Below, piece by piece: positions 1 through 8,134 of a DNA stretch of 64,000 bases. How positions within the stretch are numbered: the first letter of the stretch is position 1; every line of letters begins with the position of its first letter. The notes under the pieces were generated by a model. The model had not been told where the DNA came from and did no database searches. It saw nothing but the letters and a program-made list of their open reading frames with translations. Source of the DNA: an uncultured Alphaproteobacteria bacterium (GTDB taxonomy: Bacteria > Pseudomonadota > Alphaproteobacteria > RF32 > CAG-239); contig CALXTO010000001.1 in assembly GCA_944391425.1 (NCBI GenBank), positions 75,066 through 139,065 on the forward strand. Reading direction: 5' to 3'. The position numbers and the translations under genes are program-made.

Positions 1-228
1 GACGTGTTTTTCAATCGGATTGGGCAACACCTTGTCATAAACTTCCGCTTCGACACCGTTTTGTTCCAGCAGCGACGCGACTTTATCCAGATATCCCAAA
101 TTGCGCATGGATTTACCATTGGTAATAACAATCAGCGCTTTTTTGCCCGGCAGCGGAAGAGATGACAACTCATCCAGGCGTCCGCGTCCGAAAATAATGC
201 GGGTGGGAATAAAATAATCAAAATGCAT
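1..228 (-). CDS. iron-containing (group III) alcohol dehydrogenase, N-terminal fragment cut by window edge
   Basis: Own translation of the minus strand from the ATG at 226-228 gives MHFDYFIPTRIIFGRGRLDELSSLPLPGKKALIVITNGKSMRNLGYLDKV..., a typical Fe-ADH N-terminus. A GGAGG RBS (revcomp of 236-240) lies upstream. The ORF is open at the window edge, so it is absent from the ORF track. Confidence 0.6.
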   Translation of the reverse strand, partial: MHFDYFIPTRIIFGRGRLDELSSLPLPGKKALIVITNGKSMRNLGYLDKVASLLEQNGVEAEVYDKVLPNPIEKHV

Positions 229-282
229 AGGAACACCTCCAAATAAAACTTTTTTATTTAGATAGTGTTTGTCCGCTGCGAT

Positions 283-1143
283 TCAAGGCAGGACTTTCCG
301 TTTCAGGAAATCCGGAAGTTCTTTAAGCTTTGATGCTCCTGCCGCCCTGACATGTCCGCCGCCGCCGAAAGTTGCGGCAATCCGGGAAACGTCCACGCCG
401 TCTTTGGCCGTGTAGAAAGACAGGTTCCAGGTGTTTTTTTTGTTCATGAAGAAGTTACACATAAAATCGTATTCTTCTATGCCGGGGACGGAATCAAAAA
501 ACTCGGAATATCCCTGCGGCATATTAGCGCAAATACAGCGATAACCCATATACTCGCTTTCAAAAGCCATGCTGCGGGATAAACGCGCATTGCGCACTCT
601 TATCCAAGACAAAATCGCTTTCCCCTTTTCTACCATCTCGTCTATATTGATTTGACCGGACAGCAGCTTATCCCAGACCGGATCATCCGGACGGTTGACA
701 CCCAGAGATTGAAAGGCATACTCAAAAGGACGCACCCTTTTATCCCGCAAATCAAAAATGTCATTCAACCCCAAAAGTTTCACCCCTTCCGGTGTTTCCT
801 CGCCGGGATGAAAATATTCCCAGGTCAGACAGACGGCCGCCGTTCCGATGCGGCGGATGCCTTTTATTTCATCATGTCCGGAGGCGACGGCATTGTTATA
901 TTCATTGATAACCGACGCATGATGGTCTATCCAGGTCAAATCCGCTTTTTGATTAAGTTCGAACATGAAATCAAGAGGCAGAGCAATATCGCAGACAACA
1001 ATTTTGTCATGCTTTTGTATTTCTTCAAAAGGAATGTCCATATCATGGTTCAGCCCGAAAAGCTCTGTTTCGGGAAATGCACGTTTGACGATGGCCGCAG
1101 AGCCTTTCCCGTCATGATCGGCAATATGGTATATGCATAACAT
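283..1143 (-). CDS. DHH/DHHA1 family phosphoesterase
   Basis: 286-aa ORF with the motifs ADHDGKGS, IDHH and C-terminal GGGGHVRAAG (DHHA1 GGGH). Confidence 0.75.
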   Translation of the reverse strand: MLCIYHIADHDGKGSAAIVKRAFPETELFGLNHDMDIPFEEIQKHDKIVVCDIALPLDFMFELNQKADLTWIDHHASVINEYNNAVASGHDEIKGIRRIGTAAVCLTWEYFHPGEETPEGVKLLGLNDIFDLRDKRVRPFEYAFQSLGVNRPDDPVWDKLLSGQINIDEMVEKGKAILSWIRVRNARLSRSMAFESEYMGYRCICANMPQGYSEFFDSVPGIEEYDFMCNFFMNKKNTWNLSFYTAKDGVDVSRIAATFGGGGHVRAAGASKLKELPDFLKRKVLP

Positions 1144-1147
1144 CTGC

Positions 1148-1939
1148 TTAGTCCTTTATTTCAATTATCATGTTGTCATAAGCCGGAAAGACGTTGTCGG
1201 GCGTTTTAGAATTAATTTCGTCGTAGTCACATTCGGCGGCCATATGATTAATAATAGTCCGTTCCGGGTTAATTTTTTCTATATATTCCAAAACTTCGCC
1301 CAACCCGGCATGAAAAGGCTGCCCAAACGGCGTGGTGAGCGGAATAATCAGCAGTTTCGGGCGGCGTTTGATCAGCCTCAGGCTTTCAGGACTGATGGAT
1401 TTGAAGTCTGCCAGATGAACGATTTCCCCTCCGTTTAAGATATAGCCGGTAGAAACGGCGTTATGCCCTGAAAGTTCCATCGGAATGATGCTGATATTTT
1501 TAATGATAAACGCTCTTCCCCACTCAACCTGATTGGGGATTAAACTTGGCCGACGGATAACATTGTTGACATGATCCGGCTGGGTCAGCATATAGGAAAA
1601 ACGTTCGCGGATGCCGGCCATAGTGTCCGCCTGCGCATAAATATTAATATTCTTCAGCATAATACGGTTTACTTCCCGCAAATCGTCAATTCCGTGCAAA
1701 TGATCCGCGTGTTTGTGCGTATAGAGAACCCCGTCCAGATGTTTGATTTGGTTGTCAAGCAGCTGCTGGCGCAGATCAGGCGATGTGTCTATCAGGATAT
1801 GCGTGCCGTCAAAATCGTAATATATCGAAGTCCGGCGGCGGATATTTCTGGGATTTTCAGGATTGCAGTCTCCCCATCCGTAACTCAAAGAAGGGACACC
1901 CGGAGCAGCCCCCGCCCCCAAAATAACAACCCGGGTCAT
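1148..1939 (-). CDS. MBL-fold metallo-hydrolase
   Basis: 263-aa ORF with the HxHxDH motif (THKHADHLHG). It overlaps the upstream tatD stop by 4 nt. Confidence 0.8.
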   Translation of the reverse strand: MTRVVILGAGAAPGVPSLSYGWGDCNPENPRNIRRRTSIYYDFDGTHILIDTSPDLRQQLLDNQIKHLDGVLYTHKHADHLHGIDDLREVNRIMLKNINIYAQADTMAGIRERFSYMLTQPDHVNNVIRRPSLIPNQVEWGRAFIIKNISIIPMELSGHNAVSTGYILNGGEIVHLADFKSISPESLRLIKRRPKLLIIPLTTPFGQPFHAGLGEVLEYIEKINPERTIINHMAAECDYDEINSKTPDNVFPAYDNMIIEIKD

Positions 1940-2751
1940 TTCTGATATGCCCTCCGTCCTTTGTCGCTGGCCTTGCGAAAAAGATTGCAGAAATTGTCGG
2001 ATGTTATCTGAGCGATTTTTTCAAAAGGCATTTCCCGCAGCTGCGCAAGCTTTTCAGCCGTATAGCGTACAAATGCCGGTTCGTTGCGATGTCCGCGGTG
2101 CGGAACCGGCGCCAAAAAAGGAGAATCTGTTTCGACCAAAAGACGGTCCAGCGGAATTTCGGCAAAAATATCCCGCAATTCCCCGCATTTGTTAAAGGTT
2201 ATCATACCGGACGCTGACAGATAAAAACCGATGGACAATGCAAAGTCAGCCAGTTTTCGCGAAGAGCTGAAGCAATGAATAACGCCGCTGAAAGGTTTAT
2301 TTCGAAAAGCCTCGCCCAGAATGTCCATCATATCATCATCGGATTCGCGGTTGTGGATAATTAGCGGAAGCCCGCTCTCCTGCGCAGCCTTGATATGTTC
2401 GCGCAACAGCTTAATCTGCAAATCCCGGGGGGCATAATCATAGTAATAGTCCAATCCTGTTTCGCCGATGCCGATGACTTTGTGATGCCCGGTTCTGCTA
2501 ATTAAATCTTCAGCTGTTAAATCCTGATACTCGGAAGCATTATGGGGATGCACACCGACGGCCGCATATACAAAAGGATATTTCTCTGATAATTCAAGCT
2601 GGTTGTCCAGTTCATCAATATTGTTGCCGGCATTTAAAATCATGTTGACGCCGTTTTCCCTGGCCCGTTCGATTATTTCGGCAATGTCATCTTCAAAATC
2701 GTTAAAATCCAAGTGGCAATGGCTGTCGACTAGCATTTTTATCCTCTGCAA
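1936..2751 (-). CDS. tatD: TatD family hydrolase
   Basis: The ORF carries MLVDSHCHLDF near the N-terminus, with conserved TatD metal ligands downstream. The true start may be the Met at 2736. Confidence 0.9.
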   Translation of the reverse strand: MQRIKMLVDSHCHLDFNDFEDDIAEIIERARENGVNMILNAGNNIDELDNQLELSEKYPFVYAAVGVHPHNASEYQDLTAEDLISRTGHHKVIGIGETGLDYYYDYAPRDLQIKLLREHIKAAQESGLPLIIHNRESDDDMMDILGEAFRNKPFSGVIHCFSSSRKLADFALSIGFYLSASGMITFNKCGELRDIFAEIPLDRLLVETDSPFLAPVPHRGHRNEPAFVRYTAEKLAQLREMPFEKIAQITSDNFCNLFRKASDKGRRAYQK

Positions 2752-3791
2752 ATATGATTCACTATGTTTATTAAAGCCTGTTTTTTATCCAAATTCAAGC
2801 CTTCGGTTTCAGAAAAAGTCCGGACGGCGTATTCCCATATATCCGCCGTTTCCGCCACACGGGAAGTGTTTTTGATTTTTTCGCTGAGAAATTTCAGAAT
2901 CAATTCCTTGCTCAGTTCATAACTGCCTTCATCGGCAACGGCATTACCGCAAAAATCCAAGACATCGGAGATCCGGGCAGAACTTCCGGCTCCTGCCAGT
3001 GCGCAAAGGTCATCATAAAGGGAAACGGCATCATTATCAGCATAATTCAGGGCCTTGCCGATACTTCCCGAAGCAATTGTGACGATCTTTTTGATTTGCG
3101 CTTCCGTCATCTCCGGACGGTAACGGCGCAGCAGGCTTGCAACCTGAACATCTGCCAGCGGCTTCAGCTCCAGCTTGGCACAGCGAGAGCGGATTGTGGG
3201 CAGCAGTCGTCCCGGATTGTGGCTTACCAACAACATCAGAGCCTTATGCGGCGGTTCCTCCAAAATTTTCAATACGGCATTAGCCGAAGCGTTATTCATA
3301 TCGTCGATACTGTCAATCAAGACGACGCGCCAACCGTCTTGTGAAGAACGCCGCGACAGAAATTCATTAATTGTGCGAACATCGTCTATACGGATAAATG
3401 CGGATTTTTTCAAACCGTCCAGTTCTTCCCGGCTCATCTGTCCGCCGTCTTTTATGGCTTTAATGATTTTTTTGCGGTCGGTGTCGGTATAGTCGCGTTC
3501 GATAACCTTAAAATCAGGATGAGCGTTGTTTGAAATCAGTCGGAAAGTCTGCGTATCCGGAGCCACGTCCAACTTATCGTAAGCATCCCGCCGGCTGTCG
3601 TCCGCATGCAGGATAAAACGCGCCAGGCGGTAAGCCAACGTAGCTTTGCCGATGCCTTCAATCCCGCTGATCAGCCATGAATTATGCAGGGAATTGTTTT
3701 TCCAGCATTGCAGAAAAAGCTTTTCAGCCTCTTCATGACCGATGAGAAAAGTATTGTCCCGGGGAGTGACTGCAGCGCTGTTTTCAGGCAT
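2739..3791 (-). CDS. holB: DNA polymerase III subunit delta-prime
   Basis: 350-aa ORF with a Walker-A-like GIEGIGKATLAYRLARFIL and an SRC motif (TIRSRCAKL). It sits in conserved tmk-holB order. Confidence 0.85.
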   Translation of the reverse strand: MPENSAAVTPRDNTFLIGHEEAEKLFLQCWKNNSLHNSWLISGIEGIGKATLAYRLARFILHADDSRRDAYDKLDVAPDTQTFRLISNNAHPDFKVIERDYTDTDRKKIIKAIKDGGQMSREELDGLKKSAFIRIDDVRTINEFLSRRSSQDGWRVVLIDSIDDMNNASANAVLKILEEPPHKALMLLVSHNPGRLLPTIRSRCAKLELKPLADVQVASLLRRYRPEMTEAQIKKIVTIASGSIGKALNYADNDAVSLYDDLCALAGAGSSARISDVLDFCGNAVADEGSYELSKELILKFLSEKIKNTSRVAETADIWEYAVRTFSETEGLNLDKKQALINIVNHICRG

Positions 3792-4439
3792 TTACTCCCA
3801 CCCCAGTCTTTCAGCAACCGTCTGGACAATCTCACGATGCAGTGCTTCAATACTTTTATCGGCATTCAGCACGACGCAGCGGTCCGGCTCAGCAGCGGCA
3901 ATTTCCAAAAAACCGCGGCGCAGATTTTGGTGGAATTCCAGCTGTCTGCTCTCAAAGCGGGTTTCTTTGACTTCCATCCCCGCCGCTTTGGCAAAAGAAC
4001 GTGCCAGACCGATTTGAGGATCAATATCCAAGATAAAAGTCAGATCAGGACGAAAATCTCCGACAGCAATTTGATACAAATTTTCCAGAGCCTGCTTCGG
4101 CAGTTTCTTATTATAGCCGTAATATTGGTAAGCCATGGTAGAATCTGCGAACCGATCGCTCAAGACCCAATTTCCGTCCCGGAGTGCCGGCCAGATTTTC
4201 TGTGTCAGGTGGATGCGGCGGTCGGCAAAATACAACAAGGCTTCGGCCACGCCGTCAAATTTATCTTTATCACCGCAACAGAGCAACCGGCGCAGTTCCA
4301 GACCGATTTCCGTACCGCCGGGCTCCTTGGTGCGTACGGCGGAAATTTTTCTGGAAGCCAAAACGTCGGCCAGAAGTTTCAGCTGTGTCGACTTTCCTGT
4401 TCCTTCTCCGCCTTCAAAAGTGATAAATTTGCCGCTCAT
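3792..4439 (-). CDS. tmk: thymidylate kinase
   Basis: MSGKFITFEGGEGTGKSTQ P-loop, 215 aa, abutting the holB start. Confidence 0.95.
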   Translation of the reverse strand: MSGKFITFEGGEGTGKSTQLKLLADVLASRKISAVRTKEPGGTEIGLELRRLLCCGDKDKFDGVAEALLYFADRRIHLTQKIWPALRDGNWVLSDRFADSTMAYQYYGYNKKLPKQALENLYQIAVGDFRPDLTFILDIDPQIGLARSFAKAAGMEVKETRFESRQLEFHQNLRRGFLEIAAAEPDRCVVLNADKSIEALHREIVQTVAERLGWE

Positions 4440-4441
4440 TT

Positions 4442-5596
4442 TTATTCAGCTCCGAAAAGCAGATATTTGAAATTTTTGGAAATTCGTCCCCACAAGCCGA
4501 CTTTTTCGACATCTTTGGCCGCCACCAGCGGGATTTCAACGGTACCGCTGCCGGGAACCTCCGCGCGGATATATCCGAGCTTCTGTCCTTTTTTGACCGG
4601 GGCTTTGACCGGTTTGTCATAGACGGCCGTCAGCTCCACCTTGTCAGATTTGTTCTTTTTCATGGTGCGAACAACATCGTTTTCTACCAACATATCGACG
4701 GTTTCTTCCTGTCCGAACCAAACCGGCATAGATGCAATTTTGGCGCCTTTTTTGACAATCGTATAATTGTCAAATTCGCGGAACCCCCAACTCATTAACC
4801 GTTCGGTTTCTTCCGAGCGCTCTTTGTTGGAATTTAAGCCGCTGAATACGCCAATCAGACGGCGGTTGCCTTTTTTGGCCGAGGCCGTCAGGCAGAAACC
4901 GGCTTCCTCAGTATGTCCGGTTTTAAGCCCGTCGGCGGAAGGCATGCTGTACAGCAAAGGGTTGCGGTTGCCTTGGCGGATATTGTGATAAACAAATTCT
5001 TTTTGAGAAAACAGGTGATAATACTCGGGAAATTCGGCAATCAGCAAACGCGCCAGATGAGCCAAATCTTCCGCAGACATACGATGATCCGGATGCGGTA
5101 AGCCGGTCGAGTTTACAAAATGAGAATTTTTTAATCCGATTTTTTTAGCTTTTTCGTTCATCAAGTCAGCAAAATCTTCTTCGCTTCCGGCAATATTTTC
5201 AGCGGCAACGATACAGGCATCATTACCCGACTGAATGATAATGCCTTTCAGCAAGTCTTCTACCCGCACCTTGTCATTAATAGCCAAAAACATCGTTGAG
5301 CCACCACTGGCCGCACCACCTTTGCGCCAGGCGTTTTCACTGACGGTAAATGTGTCGTCAAGCGAAAGTCTGCCGTCTTTCAGCTTGCTGAAAAGGATAT
5401 AGATGGTCATCAGTTTGCTCATGGAAGCCGGCGGAATTTTTTTATCGGCATCTTTGGCGTATAAATATTGTCCGGTATCATAATCCATTAGAATCATGTT
5501 CCGGGCTTTGGTTTCAATAGCACCGGCTTGAAACGAAGCCAGCATGAACCCGCTTAAAATTGTTCCGAAAAGCAAAGTTTGGGATTTTGACATCAT
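4442..5596 (-). CDS. D-alanyl-D-alanine carboxypeptidase (PBP5/6 class)
   Basis: Signal peptide plus the SMSK (SxxK), SGN and KTG motifs. Length is 384 aa. Confidence 0.9.
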   Translation of the reverse strand: MMSKSQTLLFGTILSGFMLASFQAGAIETKARNMILMDYDTGQYLYAKDADKKIPPASMSKLMTIYILFSKLKDGRLSLDDTFTVSENAWRKGGAASGGSTMFLAINDKVRVEDLLKGIIIQSGNDACIVAAENIAGSEEDFADLMNEKAKKIGLKNSHFVNSTGLPHPDHRMSAEDLAHLARLLIAEFPEYYHLFSQKEFVYHNIRQGNRNPLLYSMPSADGLKTGHTEEAGFCLTASAKKGNRRLIGVFSGLNSNKERSEETERLMSWGFREFDNYTIVKKGAKIASMPVWFGQEETVDMLVENDVVRTMKKNKSDKVELTAVYDKPVKAPVKKGQKLGYIRAEVPGSGTVEIPLVAAKDVEKVGLWGRISKNFKYLLFGAE

Positions 5597-5614
5597 ATCT
5601 ATACCTCTGTTCTT

Positions 5615-6481
5615 TTAATCTTGTACGACTTTGGCATTGTAAATGCCGAAATTTTTAACCTTAGCCAAAGTAACTTCGGCTTCTTTTTTATAGGAATATG
5701 GTCCGATGCGGACACGATAAAACTTTTGCCCGTCAACGGTTACAAAATATACGTTTGTTCGGCCGAAACGACTTAGCTGATTGCTTAAATTTTGAGCCGA
5801 ATCTTGTTTGGAATATGCTCCGGCCTGAACAAAATAGCTGCCCTTTGGATAAGCCGTTCCGTCTCCCTGATAACCTGTTGCACGCAAAGGCTCATTTGAT
5901 GAAGATGCCGACGAAGAAGAGCGGCTGATTGTTGCAGAGGGCGTATATTTTTCGCCCAGCAACGCCGCTTTTAATTCTTTGCTTTCTTTTTCCAATATTT
6001 CCACGCGGACTTTGGCAACGCCCTGCGTTTGAAAACCCAGCAGTTGGGCGCTGCGTTTGGAAACGTCAATAATGCGGTTTTTGGCATACGGCCCGCGGTC
6101 ATTGATCCGCAGCACCAGGGAGCGGCCGTTTTCCAAATTGGTAACCCGGACGATCGACGGCAAAGGCAATGTCCGGTGGGCTGCCGTCAGCGTATTCATG
6201 TCATAATTTTCGCCGTTGGCAGTTTTGCGGGCATGAAAATCTTCCCCGTACCAAGAAGCCATTCCGACTTCAGAATAACTGTAATCCTCCGCCGGATAGT
6301 ACCATTTGCCCATAATCTTATAGGGATTTCCGACTTTATATGTTCCTCCCTGCCCTTTGATGGCCGCGGCCTGGGAATACTTGCCGTTTCCGAGGTCAAT
6401 CCTTCCGTAGGTACAGGCGCTCAGAGCCGCAGTCCAGAGAATGAGTGTCAGAATTAACAAAGTTTGTCGGTGGTTCTTCAT
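5615..6481 (-). CDS. rlpA: septal ring lytic transglycosylase RlpA family lipoprotein with C-terminal SPOR domain
   Basis: RlpA double-psi barrel block (GMASWYGEDFHARKTANGENYD...RVTNLENGRSLVLRINDRGPY) and a C-terminal SPOR-like FYRVRIGPY. I placed the start at MKNHRQTLL...LSAC (lipobox). The ORF track extends to 6550. Confidence 0.85.
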   Translation of the reverse strand: MKNHRQTLLILTLILWTAALSACTYGRIDLGNGKYSQAAAIKGQGGTYKVGNPYKIMGKWYYPAEDYSYSEVGMASWYGEDFHARKTANGENYDMNTLTAAHRTLPLPSIVRVTNLENGRSLVLRINDRGPYAKNRIIDVSKRSAQLLGFQTQGVAKVRVEILEKESKELKAALLGEKYTPSATISRSSSSASSSNEPLRATGYQGDGTAYPKGSYFVQAGAYSKQDSAQNLSNQLSRFGRTNVYFVTVDGQKFYRVRIGPYSYKKEAEVTLAKVKNFGIYNAKVVQD

Positions 6482-6549
6482 CAGACGTCCTATATTTCTT
6501 TTTTCCATTGTGCAACAATTTATACTGTTTTTGAGTATTCGTAAAGCCA

Positions 6550-7836
6550 TTAATTCCCCTTGTGTAATTTTCTCGGCGGCACGGGAACGGCGAAACCGAT
6601 TTCAGGGTCATAGTTCCTGATTTTTTTCAACAGCAGATAATCCGGATATCCGTCTTGCGGCAGACCGGCCTTTTCCTGCACCTGTTTGACCGCCGCGCGA
6701 GTTTTGCTGCCCAGTTGCCCGTCTTCGTCAAGTTTTGACCAGCCCAAGCGGTTAATAAACGATTGAAGCGTGACAACATCATCCGTTTTCAGGCGTACGG
6801 CCGGATTTTCCTTCAATGGTGTATACGGCCGGCCGGAAACGGCGTAATCCGCCAAAATACCGACTGCCAGAGCATAGTTTTCAGAACGGTTCCATTGCAT
6901 AATACGGCGGTAGTTGTCAAATATCAGGTAAGCGTTGCCTTTTTTGCCTTCGGGCGTGATGACGGATGCTCGCAGTTCCGGGGATAGCTTAATCCGGCGA
7001 TTGTTAAGGTCTCGAACCCCCATCCGGTTCCACTCTGATAAGGGCTTAACAATATTTCTGCCACTTTGCGAAAAATCAAAATTCCATGGAAGAGAAACGG
7101 ATATTCCCCAAGGTTCGTCCTTTTTCCAGCCGATAGAAGAAAGATAATTGGCCGCTGACGCCGCTGCATCTTCAAAAGAATGCCAAATATCAATTGTGCC
7201 ATTGCCGTCAAAATCTACGGCATAAGCGTTAAACGTCGACGGCATAAATTGAAAATGCCCCATGGCACCGGCCCAGGATCCCTGCATACGCGTATAGTCA
7301 ATCTCCCAGGTATCGATTATTTTGAGGGCATGATACAATTCGTTGCGGAAAAACTGCGAACGGCGGCGGTCATAACTTAAGGTCGTCAGGGCTTCAATTG
7401 TATTATAACCGCCGAAATTGCTTCCGAAATTGGTTTCTATTCCCCAGAACGCGATGATATAATTACCCGGAACGCCATATTTTGCTTCAATCTTTTGTAA
7501 TAACGGACGCAGTTTGCGGTAGTTTTCCCGGGCCTGTTTTACGCGTCTGGCAGAAACAACGCGGTTAACATAGTCCGCAGAAGTTAAAACAAATTCAATC
7601 TGCCGACGGTCGATTTTGACGATTTCGGAATCCGGGGTATAAAAATCCTGTGCGTAAACTTTATCCAGCGTTTTTCTTGAAATTCCCCTGTCTGCCATTT
7701 CCTGTTTGAGCTCATCAAGCCATTGTAAGTATTCCGGCGGTGCAAAAGATGTCACGTTGGCGCAGGCCGAGGCGGCAAAAAACAGAGCAAAAGCAAACAA
7801 AGGCATAAATCGAAAAGTTTTCATTTCTGTTATCAT
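6550..7836 (-). CDS. lytic murein transglycosylase with C-terminal peptidoglycan-binding domain
   Basis: 428 aa with a signal peptide, an MltB-like core (GIETNFG, GAMGHFQFMPSTF) and a PG-binding repeat near the C-terminus. Confidence 0.85.
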   Translation of the reverse strand: MITEMKTFRFMPLFAFALFFAASACANVTSFAPPEYLQWLDELKQEMADRGISRKTLDKVYAQDFYTPDSEIVKIDRRQIEFVLTSADYVNRVVSARRVKQARENYRKLRPLLQKIEAKYGVPGNYIIAFWGIETNFGSNFGGYNTIEALTTLSYDRRRSQFFRNELYHALKIIDTWEIDYTRMQGSWAGAMGHFQFMPSTFNAYAVDFDGNGTIDIWHSFEDAAASAANYLSSIGWKKDEPWGISVSLPWNFDFSQSGRNIVKPLSEWNRMGVRDLNNRRIKLSPELRASVITPEGKKGNAYLIFDNYRRIMQWNRSENYALAVGILADYAVSGRPYTPLKENPAVRLKTDDVVTLQSFINRLGWSKLDEDGQLGSKTRAAVKQVQEKAGLPQDGYPDYLLLKKIRNYDPEIGFAVPVPPRKLHKGN

Positions 7837-7900
7837 CTTCTTGAAAAAACGGTTTATGACATTATTACATTACAGATGTAAATAAATGATAAAAAATTGC

Positions 7901-7929
7901 TTGACGGCATTAAAACTTTCAGCTAAAAG
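7901..7929 (+). promoter_or_regulatory. candidate sigma70 promoter for tRNA-Ser
   Basis: TTGACG (7901-7906), 17-nt spacer, TAAAAG (7924-7929), about 19 nt upstream of the tRNA 5' end. Confidence 0.35.
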
Positions 7930-7947
7930 TTTCGTAACCGCTTACAT

Positions 7948-8037
7948 GGAGAGGTGGCAGAGCGGTTTAATGCAGCGGTCTTGAAAACCGTCGTGGGCGC
8001 GAGCCCACCGTGAGTTCGAATCTCACCCTCTCCGCCA
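7948..8037 (+). tRNA. tRNA-Ser (anticodon UGA)
   Basis: Hand-folded. The acceptor stem is GGAGAGG/CCTCTCC, the anticodon loop is CTTGAAA, there is a long variable arm, the T-loop is GTTCGAATC, and CCA is encoded. Confidence 0.95.
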
Positions 8038-8044
8038 TTTTGAT

Positions 8045-8078
8045 AAAAAAGCGCCTGTCAGGATGACAGGCGCTTTTC
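8045..8078. terminator. bidirectional intrinsic terminator
   Basis: Hairpin AGCGCCTGTCA-GGA-TGACAGGCGCT, flanked by an A-run on the left and a T-run on the right. It lies between tRNA-Ser (+) and the autotransporter (-). Confidence 0.8.
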
Positions 8079-8134
8079 CGTTTAACTAATGGAGATTTTA
8101 ATGCGGGGAACGGAAAAACCGTTCCCGTTATTCA

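Noticed and set aside
3684-4622. 312-aa plus-strand ORF
   Set aside because: It is antisense to holB, tmk and the start of the PBP gene, all of which have clear motifs. It is a shadow ORF.
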